A DNA stretch of 64,000 nucleotides from Candidatus Bathyarchaeia archaeon. Its GTDB lineage: Archaea; Thermoproteota; Bathyarchaeia; Bathyarchaeales; Bathycorpusculaceae. Under the pieces are notes generated by a model. It saw nothing but the letters and a program-made list of their open reading frames with translations, ran no database searches and was not told where the DNA came from. Below, one piece after another: positions 39,465 through 50,157 of the stretch (position 1 is its first letter; every line of letters starts with the position of its first letter). The stretch spans positions 96,001-160,000 of the forward strand of contig JBEKSS010000001.1 in NCBI GenBank assembly GCA_049516875.1, read 5' to 3'. The position numbers and the translations under genes were made by a program.

Positions 39465-40188
39465 TCTTCGCTTCGAAATCGTCGACTGTCAGAGGCAGGT
39501 CTTTGTCCACGGGCAATTCGCCCCTCTCGCGCAGTGTTTGCCTTGCCAAGAGCCAGTAGATGACCGCCAAAGCCCGTCGTCCTTTGTTGTTCGTTGGGAT
39601 AACAAGGTCTACTCCATTAAACTCGTTGTCCGTGCTGCACAAAGCCACTACAGGTATCCCTACCGAAGCAGCCTCTTTCACAGCCTGAAGATCGGCTCTG
39701 GGGTCAGACACTATAACCACTTCTGGTTCGATGCGGTTAGGATACAATGGATTTGACAAAAGTCCCGGAATGAAACGTCCGACCACAGGAGTTGCTCCAC
39801 TTACTTGACAGAATTTGCTTATCGGTTCTTGCGCGTAAAGCCTAGCCGCGGCGGCAGCAATTTTCCCGGGTTCAAACCGTGCTAGGAATTTGCCGGCGAC
39901 CCTTATTCGATCATCCGTTTTCTTAACATCTAGGACAAACAGACCGTCAGCCCTTACACGGTATATGAACTGTTCCATGTCACCAGTTTTCATTCTGGTT
40001 CCAATGTGTATTCCAGCGGACAACAAAGTGTCTCGTGGTATCAGAAGCTCTTCTTCCGGAACGGTTTCAGCGGCTAGTTCTGTTGCCTCCGCTTTATTTT
40101 CCTCTGCCGGCTCTGCCTCGTCCTCTATCGTCTCTTCATCCCTGGTTTCTTCTTTGATATTCTCCTTGCTCTCTTCATCCTCAGACAA
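39439..40188 (-). CDS. rps2: Ribosomal protein S2 with acidic N-terminal extension
   Basis: AGIHIGT, GRFIPG, IPTNNKGRRAL. Confidence 0.96.
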   Translation of the reverse strand: MSEDEESKENIKEETRDEETIEDEAEPAEENKAEATELAAETVPEEELLIPRDTLLSAGIHIGTRMKTGDMEQFIYRVRADGLFVLDVKKTDDRIRVAGKFLARFEPGKIAAAAARLYAQEPISKFCQVSGATPVVGRFIPGLLSNPLYPNRIEPEVVIVSDPRADLQAVKEAASVGIPVVALCSTDNEFNGVDLVIPTNNKGRRALAVIYWLLARQTLRERGELPVDKDLPLTVDDFEAKIAREEEET

Positions 40189-40191
40189 ACG

Positions 40192-41469
40192 TTATCCCCC
40201 TTGAAGCATCTCAAGACTGGCCATTCCGGCCCTGTCTCCAAGAAACTCTTCGATCCTTATTAACTCGTTTATTTTTGCAATGCGAGAACCTTCAACAACT
40301 CCTGTCTTTATTATTGGGCATTTGAAAGCCAGCGCCAAGTGAGCTATGTGCCAGTCGCTCGTGTCACCTGAACGATGAGATATCACCGGCACGTATCCAC
40401 TCCTCTTTGCCATTTCGATGGTTTCCCATGCATCCGTCAGGGTGCCTACCTGGTTGACTTTTATTATGACGGCGTTGGCTGCGTGCATCTTTATTCCGCG
40501 GCTCAGTCTTTCATCGTTTGTAGTGAATAGGTCGTCGCCGCAAATCAAGCAGTTCTTGGTTTTCTTCGTCAACTCCGCGAAGCTTGCGAAATCTTCTTCG
40601 TGGAAAGCATCTTCAACATAGACCAAATGATATTTTCTGATGAGTTCGAGAATGAATTCTAGCTGTTCACCCGAGTCTCTCGTTTTCTTCTCTCTTTGAT
40701 AGTTGTAAGTTTTGTTCTTGCCGTTCCAGAGTGAAGATGATGCGGCATCAATGCCCACACCGCATTCGAAACCCATTTCTGCTCCGACTTCCTCACAGGC
40801 GCCTGTCAGAACCTCTAGAGCCTCCGTGTTTCCTACGTTGGCAACCCAAGCTCCCTCATCACTTTTTCCTTGTCCGAAGAGCTTGTCTTTCTTTACCAGA
40901 GCTTCACCGACTTTTCTATGAACTTGTATGTTGGCCGTCGCAGCCTCCAAAAAAGATTCAGCCCCATACGACAGAACCAGAAACTCCTGCAAGTCAGGAG
41001 ACTTTCCCTGAGTGTGTTGACCGCCGCTTATAGTGTTGCCAAGCGGATACGGAAGTTCATGCGCGACATGCCCGCCCAGATACTGAAACAGCAAGAGCCC
41101 GGAAGAGTTTGCGGCAGCTTCGGCACTCGCTAACGAGATGGCGAACGCGGTGTTGCCGCCAATCACTCGAAAATCTTTTGAGCCATCAATATCATGCAAC
41201 GTTTTATCAATTTCCTCTTGACAATCAGCCCCTAATCCCACCATTTCCGGCGTTATGAGTTCTTCGACCTTTTTTACCGCTTGTTCCACTCCGCCTTGCG
41301 GATAGTAGACAACCTCTGCTTTCCCCCGACTTTTCCCAGCAGGAGCTGCAACCCTACCAAAACCCGACGTTGTTATGATATCGACCTCTATCGTTTCTTC
41401 TCCTCGACTGTTGAAAACCTTCCTTGCAATTATGTCTTCAATAATTGTAGACATGATTTTCCCTTTCAA
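40192..41469 (-). CDS. eno: Enolase
   Basis: NSRGEETIEV, QEF, DEG, GDDLFTTN, KVNQVGT, SHRSG, IKTG. Confidence 0.95.
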   Translation of the reverse strand: MKGKIMSTIIEDIIARKVFNSRGEETIEVDIITTSGFGRVAAPAGKSRGKAEVVYYPQGGVEQAVKKVEELITPEMVGLGADCQEEIDKTLHDIDGSKDFRVIGGNTAFAISLASAEAAANSSGLLLFQYLGGHVAHELPYPLGNTISGGQHTQGKSPDLQEFLVLSYGAESFLEAATANIQVHRKVGEALVKKDKLFGQGKSDEGAWVANVGNTEALEVLTGACEEVGAEMGFECGVGIDAASSSLWNGKNKTYNYQREKKTRDSGEQLEFILELIRKYHLVYVEDAFHEEDFASFAELTKKTKNCLICGDDLFTTNDERLSRGIKMHAANAVIIKVNQVGTLTDAWETIEMAKRSGYVPVISHRSGDTSDWHIAHLALAFKCPIIKTGVVEGSRIAKINELIRIEEFLGDRAGMASLEMLQGG

Positions 41470-41474
41470 TTGTC

Positions 41475-41714
41475 CTAGTAATAGCTTCTTGCCTCTTTCC
41501 GTTTTTCAGCCTCTTCATAAAACCTCAACACTTCATCAAATATCTCCACGTGCGACAGAAGCATCCGCCTGCAACAGTAACGCTTGATTGCTAGACTGTC
41601 CAGAACCTCTCCAGCATTTTCCCCAGCCTTCACCCTTCTGGCGAATTCCTCCCATTTGTCTCCAATCAGTTTGCCACACGTAAAACATCTCACCGGTATT
41701 ATCATTAGATTCAA
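41475..41714 (-). CDS. rpoN: RNA polymerase subunit N (Rpo10)
   Basis: [19 protein letters not shown]. Confidence 0.97.
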   Translation of the reverse strand: MNLMIIPVRCFTCGKLIGDKWEEFARRVKAGENAGEVLDSLAIKRYCCRRMLLSHVEIFDEVLRFYEEAEKRKEARSYY

Positions 41715-41720
41715 ACCTCT

Positions 41721-42131
41721 TTACCTGTAGCTTTTCTGGTCCCTCGACCGTGCTCCAGGTCCTCCGAACTTCTTAGGTTCTTTCTTCCTAGTGTCTCCAG
41801 CAATCATCGTTCTGTCGTATTCAGCAAAAACCGTGCGCAGATGCGCACTCTTCGTCCACTTCAGTATGGCGTTCGCAATTGCCATCCTTGCCGCTTCAGC
41901 TTGTCCCATGTAACCTCCACCTGACATTTTCACGTCTATGTCCAACTGCCTGCGAACTTCATCTCCGGCCTGTATGAGCGGTTCCATAATCTTCTCACGT
42001 GCGATGTTCGGCTCGAAAATCTCCACCGGAGTTCTGTTTATGCGTACTCTCCCGATTCCAGGCCTAATGACAGCGCGTGAAGTGGCTGTTTTTCTTTTTC
42101 CACTGACAACTAAACTTTTCTTAGCAGGCAT
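41721..42131 (-). CDS. rps9: Ribosomal protein S9
   Basis: [28 protein letters not shown]; start trimmed to ATG 42131. Confidence 0.97.
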   Translation of the reverse strand: MPAKKSLVVSGKRKTATSRAVIRPGIGRVRINRTPVEIFEPNIAREKIMEPLIQAGDEVRRQLDIDVKMSGGGYMGQAEAARMAIANAILKWTKSAHLRTVFAEYDRTMIAGDTRKKEPKKFGGPGARSRDQKSYR

Positions 42132-42133
42132 AT

Positions 42134-42589
42134 CTATTCCCCTTGATTCCAACCTATTCCTTTCGCAAGTTCGCCAACTGTGAAATATGAGCAAGTCAAC
42201 TTCTTAGCTTGAGCATCTGCCAGAGTATCCATCTTCTGGTCTTTAACATTATCTGGGACTCCAATGAACACTTGGAGCCTTCTGTAAGCTTGGATGCCTT
42301 TCGGCTGCCTGATTGGAAGCATGCCTTTAACCGCCTTTCTGACTATCCGATCTGGTCTTCTGTAATGGAAGGGCCCTCTATTTACGCCTCCAACATCAAG
42401 AAATTCCTTTGCTTCGCTTACCTTGCTTCTCCTTCTTCCAGAAAGAACGGCTTTTTCAGCGTTCACGATCACTACTTGTTCGCCCTCCAGCAGTCTCTTG
42501 GCAATCCTGCTTGCCATTCTGCCCAGAATGAGCCCGTCGGCATTTACTACAGTGGCAGTTTTGCTCATTGTCTCCATTTTTTCACCCAA
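42134..42589 (-). CDS. rpl13: Ribosomal protein L13
   Basis: [26 protein letters not shown]. Confidence 0.96.
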   Translation of the reverse strand: MGEKMETMSKTATVVNADGLILGRMASRIAKRLLEGEQVVIVNAEKAVLSGRRRSKVSEAKEFLDVGGVNRGPFHYRRPDRIVRKAVKGMLPIRQPKGIQAYRRLQVFIGVPDNVKDQKMDTLADAQAKKLTCSYFTVGELAKGIGWNQGE

Positions 42590-42944
42590 TTATCTTGACG
42601 TTTGAACCTTTCGGGTTCTTCTTGGCAAGATCAGGGAAAGACACGCATTTTCCCCTTGCAGCTTTTATCTTTTCTCTTGCTTTTCCTGAGAAAGTGAATG
42701 CAGCCACGGTTATCGGATGGGTTATCTCACCCGTAGCCAGCACCTTGCCGGGAACCGCCACCGTTTCATTCTTGGAAGTGTATCTGTTCAGACGGCTGAG
42801 GTTCACGGCTACGCGTCTCCTCTTGGATTTGACCAAACGTTCAGCGATGTCTCGCCAGATTTCAGCTTTGCTTTCTCTGCTTTGTTTCTTGAGAGAATTG
42901 GCGAGTTCTAAAAGTTCTGGGTTTGTTGCTTTAACTTTTCTCAC
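42582..42944 (-). CDS. rpl18e: Ribosomal protein L18e
   Basis: TNPEL, VNLSRL, VPGKVL, NPKGS. Confidence 0.96.
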   Translation of the reverse strand: MRKVKATNPELLELANSLKKQSRESKAEIWRDIAERLVKSKRRRVAVNLSRLNRYTSKNETVAVPGKVLATGEITHPITVAAFTFSGKAREKIKAARGKCVSFPDLAKKNPKGSNVKIIG

Positions 42945-43752
42945 TCTTTTTCACCTTGATTTCGCCCTCAAGTTCTTTCAGATGCTTATCCAGTATTCTG
43001 CTGGCCTCGACCATTATTCTTTCCGGAGGAAGTGCACTCGTAGATTCCAGATTGAATATGAATGCGTTTTCTGCTCCTGACACTTGTATCGCCGGCGGAC
43101 TTTCTGGACAAGCTTTAACGCAGTCTTGACAGAGGGTGCAGGCAATCAAATCATTAACTTCGATGCTGTCACCTTTCTTCACCAGAACTCTTCTTGGACA
43201 CACATCCACACATTTCCCGCAGATACTACAGCGTTTTGTGATCTCTATTTTTGGATAATACTTGTAGGTACACATTGAAACTGGTTCCCACTTCGCGTGG
43301 CTCTTACCCTTTCCAAGCCTTGCGTACGCCTCAAGCTTTATTTTCTGCTCCTTAGCCAGTTTCAATATTGGAATTCTGTCGCTCACAGGCACGACGTTCG
43401 GGTTTTCTGAAACTAAATCACCCGAGTAGACTGTTCTTGCTTCTCCCTTGGCTTCCACATCCAGTGCGAGGGTGACTCGGCAGAGGTTACACCCGAATTC
43501 ACTTTTGCACGGACATTCCTCAGGCAGGTTGTAACTGTCCAAGTCTGTCCTCAGCGGAATAAGTCCCAGTCTGTGGGCGATGGTCTCGTCCATCATTATG
43601 GAAGAGTTTTCCACGATTACAATCTCGTCTACCGCCATGCTTGGAACTTCAGAGGTCACGATTCTTCTCAGCGCATTCATGAATGGGACATCGGCCCCTC
43701 GAACGAGCAAACGCATGTTTGTTTCGTCTTTCTCAAGCACCTTTATTTCCAC
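42931..43752 (-). CDS. rpoD: RNA polymerase subunit D (Rpo3) with ferredoxin-like insert
   Basis: NALRR, AHRLGLIPL, HAKW; CxxCxxCxxxCP occurs twice. Confidence 0.96.
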   Translation of the reverse strand: MEIKVLEKDETNMRLLVRGADVPFMNALRRIVTSEVPSMAVDEIVIVENSSIMMDETIAHRLGLIPLRTDLDSYNLPEECPCKSEFGCNLCRVTLALDVEAKGEARTVYSGDLVSENPNVVPVSDRIPILKLAKEQKIKLEAYARLGKGKSHAKWEPVSMCTYKYYPKIEITKRCSICGKCVDVCPRRVLVKKGDSIEVNDLIACTLCQDCVKACPESPPAIQVSGAENAFIFNLESTSALPPERIMVEASRILDKHLKELEGEIKVKKSEKS

Positions 43753-43856
43753 TTGTTAGGACACCTCGTTACAGTGTTCCACGTTGCTGTGCCGCTCAAT
43801 AGAACATTGGTGCATTATTTCAATTTTTCTATCAGAAGAAGGATCGTACGTACCTC

Positions 43857-44258
43857 TTAGACTCTTCTTCCCCTTCTGCCGCCAGGCCTTCTTGTGCCAT
43901 CATGCGGCACAGGCGTTACTTCTTCGATGCGTTCAATTCTGAACCCCGCCCTTGCCAACGCTCTGATTGCTGCTTGCGCACCAGGACCGGGTGTTCTTGG
44001 CCCCGCTCCTCCAGGAGCCCTAACCTTGATGTGGATTGCGGTTATTCCCTTATCCCTGGCAACATCCGCGGCCAGCGAGGCTGCGCGCATCGCTGCATAA
44101 GGTGAGGACTCCATCCTACTAGCTTTTACAACCATTCCTCCCGACGTTCGGGCTATTGTTTCAGCGCCTGAAAGGTCGGTTATGTGGATTATGGTGTTGT
44201 TGTAGGAACTGAATATGTGCACGACCGCCCATCTTTCGGTCCTTTTGCTTGAACTCAT
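43857..44258 (-). CDS. rps11: Ribosomal protein S11
   Basis: [30 protein letters not shown]. Confidence 0.97.
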   Translation of the reverse strand: MSSSKRTERWAVVHIFSSYNNTIIHITDLSGAETIARTSGGMVVKASRMESSPYAAMRAASLAADVARDKGITAIHIKVRAPGGAGPRTPGPGAQAAIRALARAGFRIERIEEVTPVPHDGTRRPGGRRGRRV

Positions 44259-44827
44259 TATTCTCCTTCACTCCGCGATTTCGCTGATCTTGCTTCTGCA
44301 GTCGGCGCGACAGCTATTGTTTGACGCAGTGGATGTGCGGGGTTCGCGAGTGAGCTCTTGGGCGTATAGGTTATCTGATCTTCCTCAGGTTTCGGCACAA
44401 TGTAGCCGGGGGTCGTGACTCTTCGATTTCCTATGGTCATGTGCCCATGGCCTATCAGTTGACGAGCCTGCTGCATTGTTTTTGCTAGACCCTTGCGGAA
44501 AACAATCGTTTGAAATCTGCGTTCAAGGATATCTTCTATTGTCAAGTCCAAAACGTCGTCCAATACTGCTGTTTCGTCGAGTACATCGAGTTTTTTCAGG
44601 CGTGCGAGGAGCTCATCTTCCATCTTCTTGCGTTCTCCAAGTGTTTGGCCAATGAGCGAGCGAGCTATGCCTCTGAACTTTGACAGCATGGTCTCCTGTC
44701 GCCACAGTTCATGTTTATTTCGCAAACCGTACTCGCCGATAAGTTTGAGTTCTCCTTGCATGATGTCAGTTCGCCAAGGAAAACGTGGAGTGTCGTACTT
44801 CTTTCTTTGTTTCTTAGGGTCGCCCAT
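44258..44827 (-). CDS. rps4: Ribosomal protein S4
   Basis: [28 protein letters not shown]. Confidence 0.97.
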   Translation of the reverse strand: MGDPKKQRKKYDTPRFPWRTDIMQGELKLIGEYGLRNKHELWRQETMLSKFRGIARSLIGQTLGERKKMEDELLARLKKLDVLDETAVLDDVLDLTIEDILERRFQTIVFRKGLAKTMQQARQLIGHGHMTIGNRRVTTPGYIVPKPEEDQITYTPKSSLANPAHPLRQTIAVAPTAEARSAKSRSEGE

Positions 44828-44829
44828 AG

Positions 44830-45309
44830 CTACTTGTTCTCCGTTGCGGCTGGTCTCTGCATAAGCGTCTTCTTCTTGACTCCCAGCGCTTTACCCGCTC
44901 TGCCAGTCGTTTTGGTTCTTTGTCCTCTCACCTTCAGTCCGTAGGCATGGCGATATCCGCGCCAAGATTTTATTTCTTTCATCTTTTCTATGTCCATCTT
45001 AGTCCTAAGAACCAGATCCGCGCTTATCAAGTGCGTGTCTATTCCAGTTTCCAGCTCTTTCCTCCTGTTCAGCAACCAACTTGGTATGCCACTCTTCGCC
45101 GGATCCTTGACTATCTCCTCTAACCGGTCAATCTCAGCTTCTGTCAGAAAACCTGCCCTCTTGTCAGGACTTATTCCTGCCTTTCTGAGCATAGCATCGG
45201 CGAGGGTTGGGCCGACTCCCTTGATTTTTGCCAGCGCGTAGGACGCTTTCAAAGTGCCGTCTACATCAGTGTCTATTATTCGAAGTCTATGGCGGAACTC
45301 GTCTAACAT
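44830..45309 (-). CDS. rps13: Ribosomal protein S13
   Basis: IKGVG, WLLNRRK, GLKVRGQRTKTTGR. Confidence 0.97.
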   Translation of the reverse strand: MLDEFRHRLRIIDTDVDGTLKASYALAKIKGVGPTLADAMLRKAGISPDKRAGFLTEAEIDRLEEIVKDPAKSGIPSWLLNRRKELETGIDTHLISADLVLRTKMDIEKMKEIKSWRGYRHAYGLKVRGQRTKTTGRAGKALGVKKKTLMQRPAATENK

Positions 45310-45698
45310 CTATCGCCATCCATTTTATTGTTCAAAGCTAACTACGAAATAAGGCGTATTTTATTTAAACCTTACTAGAACATGAAACGAAAAAAGAGGC
45401 AGAACACGCGATTACGTTCAATGTCTTCTCTTGAGACAATAGTCCACGAGCGATGTATGCATGAACGTGGCAAAGAGAGTCGAGACACTTCGATCTGCGG
45501 AGATAGACTCGCGGCTAGAATGGGTGTGTTAAGATTCTGGCCCTTGCTTTTGCGTACCAAAGTCAGAATTCTTCTGAGTGTTCAAGGTTCTCTTTCTGGA
45601 TGGTGTAGGGTTTGGGTGTTCTCTTCGATGGAAAGCTCGCTCTATTAGGGTGGAATGCTTTAAAGTCAGATGTTGGAAATTGTCTTGTGGTGTGATGA

Positions 45699-46406
45699 TT
45701 GGTACTGCCTGCTAAGGTGTTTGAGATCAAGGAGAAAGTTGATCCCGGGTTGATGCTGTGGAAGCTTAAGGACTTCCGGGAAGAGGAATTCTGCAAGACC
45801 GAGGCTGGTGAAAACGTGAGTTTGGTGACAGAGATTTTGGACTTGAAGTCAAAAGAAGGATTGGTGGAAGGAGTCTTCAGCAGGGATTTTATGCGCAGGC
45901 GTTTCTACAGACGGAATCTGGTTGAAACGCCTGCTACGGAGGAGGCTCCTTTTTGGATTGTGTCTTCTGAGAAAAAGACGTTTCTAGTGGTGTCGGCGCC
46001 GTCCGTGGCTCGCGGGGTTAAGAAGCTGTTGACAAACTACGTGGCGAACAAGCTGAGCAAAGTTCTTTTCATCAACTCTCAGGCTATTCTGGAGGTTAGG
46101 ATGTCCCATGAAACCCTTAAGGAGCTTCACGAGTCAAACCCGCAGGCGACGAAGCTGATATGGTTCGATGAAGTTGACATCCCGGGAGTAGAGAAGCTTT
46201 GCTTGGCAGGATCAGATCTTGTTGACACGAAGGTGTACCATGATTATCTTGAGCATGGAAAAATCTGGTACGTTGTCTTCGAAACCCAAAAACGCGGAAT
46301 CATGGTTGGGATTACAAGGAACTGTGTTGTGACACTCTTCAGCAAGAGCACCACGCAAGAGTTCATAAATTACATTTTGGAAGATTTCCTGAAACTGGTT
46401 GAGTAG
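45699..46406 (+). CDS. Hypothetical protein, 235 aa
   Basis: Long ORF with protein-like composition and a TTTAAA box about 35 nt upstream; no motif recognised. Confidence 0.7.
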   Translation: MVLPAKVFEIKEKVDPGLMLWKLKDFREEEFCKTEAGENVSLVTEILDLKSKEGLVEGVFSRDFMRRRFYRRNLVETPATEEAPFWIVSSEKKTFLVVSAPSVARGVKKLLTNYVANKLSKVLFINSQAILEVRMSHETLKELHESNPQATKLIWFDEVDIPGVEKLCLAGSDLVDTKVYHDYLEHGKIWYVVFETQKRGIMVGITRNCVVTLFSKSTTQEFINYILEDFLKLVE

Positions 46407-46555
46407 CAGTGATGTATGCCTTCGTCGGCCAAGCCTCGGTATGAAGGTGAGAATAACGTAATTCTTCCGTCAAAGAGTGCACAACAATGGAGTTGCTTTG
46501 TTTCCTAACGTGTGAAAAACAGATTTGAATATAGAAAAAACTGGGGGGAAGTTGT

Positions 46556-48202
46556 TTAGTCTTCGCTTTCGGGCATTCCGCCTGGCGGTTTTCCCGGTCC
46601 CTCTCTCGGTTTTGTGGACGCTATCACGTCATCTATGCGTATTATCATCGTCGCGGATTCCGTGGCTGATTTTATCGCTTGCTCTTTCACAATCACGGGT
46701 TCGACCACGCCCTTGTCCTGCATGTTCTCGACTTTTCCAGTGAAGAGGTTTACTCCTTTATATTGTCCATCTGGCTTTCCGTGGGCGGCTCTCAGTGCTA
46801 CGAGTATGTCTATGGCTTCCAATCCGGCGTTTTCAGCCAAGGTTTTGGGTATTATCTCGATTGCTTCAGCAAAACTTTCTATCGCAAGCTGTTCTCTTCC
46901 GCCAACTTCAGTAGCATAGTTTCGCAACTCTTTGGCCACCTCGACTTCTACGGCTCCGCCTCCTGCGACTATCTTGTTGGTTTCTATGACGTCTGAGACC
47001 ACTGACAAGGCATCGGTCATTGCTCTTTCGGCTTCGTCAACCATTCTTTCGAGGCCTGCTCGTATGATGATTGCAACGGAACGGGGGTCTTTGCATTTTT
47101 CGACGAATATCATTTTGTCCTCGCCGAGCTTGCGCTCTTCCACGAGGCCTGCTACACCTAGGTCTTGACCTCTCAAATCGGCAAGATTTGAGACTATTCT
47201 TCCACCTGTTGCTCTTGCCAGCTTCTCCATGTCTGATTGCTTCACTCTTCTAGCTGCCAGTATCCCTTCTTTCGCCAAAAAGTGCTGAGCCATGTCGTCG
47301 ATGCCTTTCTGACAGAAAACAACGTTGGCGCCTGAAACCTTGATTTTTTCAACCATTTCTTGCAGCATCTTGTTTTCTTGGTCCAGAAAGGCTTTCATCT
47401 GGTTTGGATCGCGTATCCTTATCTCCGCGCTGATCTCCGTCTTTTCGATCTCCAACGCGCTATCAAGTAAGGCTATCTTCGCTCTCTCGACTTTCTTTGG
47501 CATCCCTGTATGGACGACTTCTTTATCTATCACTAAGCCTTGAACCAGTTGCGATTCGAAAAGACTTTTCCCAGTTTTCTTGGTCACTTGGATGTTGTCT
47601 ATGTCTGCGACCCATTTGTCTCCGCGTTGTTCAGCCACTCGTCGCACGGCGTCAATGGCGATTTCCGCCAGGTGTTCCTTTGCTGGACCGACTGCCTTGC
47701 TTGCCATGGACGTCACAGCAACCTTTTTCAGTGTTGCCCGGTCGTCAATGTCCACTTGTATCGCAATCTTGTTTATGGTTTCCATTGCTTTTTGCGCTGC
47801 TTTGCGGTAGCCGCTCACGATTATGGTTGGATGAATGTTCTGATCCAAGAGTTCCTCAGCCTTTTTCAACAGTTCGCCCGCCAACACTACGGCAGTGGTT
47901 GTACCGTCCCCTACCATGTCGTCCTGTGTCTTCGCGATTTCCACCATCATCTTTGCCGCTGGATGCTCGACTTCTATTTCGTTCAGTATTGCCGCTCCAT
48001 CGTTTGTTATCGTTATGTCCCCGAGACTGTCGATGAGCATCTTGTCCATACCGCGAGGCCCCAAAGTCGTTCTCAGCACTTCACCGATGACGCGTGCTGC
48101 CATTATGTTGTTCCTTTGAGCTTCCCTTCCTCTGTTTCGTGTCGTACCTTCTTTCAGAACTAGGACTGGTTGTCCCGACGCTGTTGTCGTCAAGTAAGCC
48201 AT
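46556..48202 (-). CDS. ths: Thermosome (group II chaperonin) subunit
   Basis: [32 protein letters not shown]. Confidence 0.97.
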   Translation of the reverse strand: MAYLTTTASGQPVLVLKEGTTRNRGREAQRNNIMAARVIGEVLRTTLGPRGMDKMLIDSLGDITITNDGAAILNEIEVEHPAAKMMVEIAKTQDDMVGDGTTTAVVLAGELLKKAEELLDQNIHPTIIVSGYRKAAQKAMETINKIAIQVDIDDRATLKKVAVTSMASKAVGPAKEHLAEIAIDAVRRVAEQRGDKWVADIDNIQVTKKTGKSLFESQLVQGLVIDKEVVHTGMPKKVERAKIALLDSALEIEKTEISAEIRIRDPNQMKAFLDQENKMLQEMVEKIKVSGANVVFCQKGIDDMAQHFLAKEGILAARRVKQSDMEKLARATGGRIVSNLADLRGQDLGVAGLVEERKLGEDKMIFVEKCKDPRSVAIIIRAGLERMVDEAERAMTDALSVVSDVIETNKIVAGGGAVEVEVAKELRNYATEVGGREQLAIESFAEAIEIIPKTLAENAGLEAIDILVALRAAHGKPDGQYKGVNLFTGKVENMQDKGVVEPVIVKEQAIKSATESATMIIRIDDVIASTKPREGPGKPPGGMPESED

Positions 48203-48317
48203 ACAAATCCTCCATTCAAACCTAAAATCTTACCTATTGAACACAAGAAAAAATGCCCACAAATATAAATCTTTACCTCAGTCGGTACTGTTAACTTGTT
48301 GGAAATTGTGTGAAAAA

Positions 48318-48665
48318 TCAATGCCTATGTGGTAAAATTGGTTTTATTCCTTTCAGCAATTCTGCAACTGTGACTATCTGGATTTTCGGATACTTGTGCC
48401 CCATGTTTTCGACTCGTAGTATTCGGTTTCTATAGCTGCATGTTTCATCTGTTCTGTAGGTTCATACAATGTTATCAGTATCTCCATCGCTGATTTTGTA
48501 CCTTGCAGTTCCAATCAAATCTCTTACATGCTGTGCGCCGACATGGAGCCAGCCTTTGATCTGAGCCACAATTCTCTGAACATTGAGATTATCACTCTCA
48601 CGAGGAGTTAACCATCCATCTGTCCCTTTATCTGCTCCTTTTTTTCCTTGTTAGGTTTCCCTTGA
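48318..48665 (-). pseudogene. Frameshifted C-terminal remnant of a DNA methyltransferase fused to an Mrr-like PD-(D/E)XK domain
   Basis: Three frames join as KKGADKGTDG..RIVAQIKG..HVGAQHVRDLIGT / SAMEILITLYEPTEQMKHAA..YYESKTWG / KYPKIQIVTVAELLKG..P*. Confidence 0.75.
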
Positions 48666-48746
48666 TTTGCGCGCGTGATGACCTCCCCCCGGGGTCAATA
48701 TATGATCCAAATATGATTTGACAAAAAGCGCGCGCTTGTCACCTAA

Positions 48747-49043
48747 TTAATCCCGATGTTCGTGGGATTCCTCTTCAGATTCTTCTTCGTTCTCTTCTTC
48801 TTCCTCGGAGGCTTCTTCTCCTGCGGCTCTTGCTTCTTCTTCAGCTTCTCCTTCTGGGGGATAAGCCTCATTTAACCAGACTTTAAACTGTTCTTTGTCT
48901 TCAGGGTCGGAAAAGGCCCATTCACACAGTTCGCTGACGACGGTGTTGATATCAATTTCGTGATCGTCTGCCAAATGCTTCAGAAACTGTTCCCATTTCG
49001 CAGGAAGAGACACCATAAGCCCAACCACCTTGCCTTCCACCAT
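48747..49043 (-). CDS. Small protein with ribbon-helix-helix-like N-terminus and poly-Glu tail
   Basis: VSLPAKWEQFLKHLA...INTVVSELCEWA followed by a highly acidic C-terminus. Confidence 0.6.
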   Translation of the reverse strand: MVEGKVVGLMVSLPAKWEQFLKHLADDHEIDINTVVSELCEWAFSDPEDKEQFKVWLNEAYPPEGEAEEEARAAGEEASEEEEENEEESEEESHEHRD

Positions 49044-49172
49044 TGTGTTGTATGGTTCAAGCCATATTTAAGCTTCAAACATTCGTACGCGGCAGATCTT
49101 TTCTTTTGAAGCTGATTTCAGACAAATCTTTTATATTTGGTTGCACTCACCTGAAGGGGCAAAGGTGAAAGC

Positions 49173-49538
49173 ATGGGAAGTCTGTGGCTGGGAGCTTTCG
49201 TTGGCTTTCTCGTGACACTGGTTCTTAGCTGGATGTTTCCAGGAATTGGACACCTGATAGGCGGGTTCATTGGTGGGTTCGTGGCAGGGCTCATAGCTGG
49301 AGGGATGGGTAAAGGAGCGTTAGCCGGTTTCCTCGCGGGAATATTCGGCGGGATCATCATTGCAATACTCGCAATCATAGGCTTTGTGGCGGTAGGCGGG
49401 GCTACGGGCGGAATCCTAGGCGGACTTTTTGGCGGTTTAGCTGGTCTGTTTGTCGGAATCATAGCGATCATACTTGCCGTCTTCGGAGCAATTGCGTCAA
49501 CAATCGGCGGATTCATAGGCGGATTGCTCACAAGATAG
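49173..49538 (+). CDS. Glycine-rich membrane protein (DUF5518-like)
   Basis: Repeated GGxxGG transmembrane helices; RBS AGGTGA. Confidence 0.75.
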   Translation: MGSLWLGAFVGFLVTLVLSWMFPGIGHLIGGFIGGFVAGLIAGGMGKGALAGFLAGIFGGIIIAILAIIGFVAVGGATGGILGGLFGGLAGLFVGIIAIILAVFGAIASTIGGFIGGLLTR

Positions 49539-49783
49539 AGGTCCCCCATTTTATCTGTTCAGAAGAGGGCGCTGAGGAAAGATTGTTCACATCCAAGAGT
49601 ACTGACATTAGCACGCCCCTCTGCCAACCATCTTCCGATGTGCTCGTCCGTCGTGAACGTTTGAGACGAACTGATCAGTGGATAATTCTGTTCATAATCC
49701 CTGCTCCAAGTTTACTATGCAAATTATTACATACAGTCTGATCAAAAACCTTGCTTTCGCTGTGAAACAGTTTAAATTTTAGG

Positions 49784-50107
49784 TTGAGAACTTCAATGTT
49801 GGTGAATGACGGCGTGCGTGTCTCGGTGCGGTTCTTCACAACTCTGAGAGAAGTGACTGGCAAAAAAGAGGAGACTCTAGAATTCTCTAGAAGAGAAACC
49901 GTAACAGTTGACAGTGCACTTGAACGCTTAGTTGAGCTACACGGAAAAAGCTTTGCTGAATACGTTTACGACCACAAAACCGGCGAGGTCCGAGGTTTTC
50001 TGCAGTTCCTTGTTAACGGCAGAAGCATATCATCTTTTGAAGGATTGAACACGAAGCTTTCAGATGGCGATGTTCTAGCAATAATACCGCCAGTCGGAGG
50101 CGGCTGA
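49784..50107 (+). CDS. Ubiquitin-like SAMP / MoaD family protein
   Basis: RFFTTLRE, LVNGR, C-terminal IIPPVGGG. Confidence 0.92.
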   Translation: MRTSMLVNDGVRVSVRFFTTLREVTGKKEETLEFSRRETVTVDSALERLVELHGKSFAEYVYDHKTGEVRGFLQFLVNGRSISSFEGLNTKLSDGDVLAIIPPVGGG

Positions 50108-50157
50108 CCAGTCGCATTTTCTCCAAGTTTTTCTGTTTAACCTACGATTTTGGTTGT

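Noticed and set aside
46409-46470. Second C/D-like arrangement (GTGATGT...CCAA...ATGAAGG)
   Set aside because: No CTGA D or D' box and no terminal stem; at best a degenerate remnant.
47497-48163. Long ORFs (179 and 207 aa) antisense to the thermosome
   Set aside because: Shadow frames of a conserved gene.
48669-48735. GCGCGC-flanked segment with GTGATGA and short inverted repeats (C/D sRNA, dif site or IS end?)
   Set aside because: No D box, no convincing dif-like 11-6-11 symmetry and no transposase or second copy seen.
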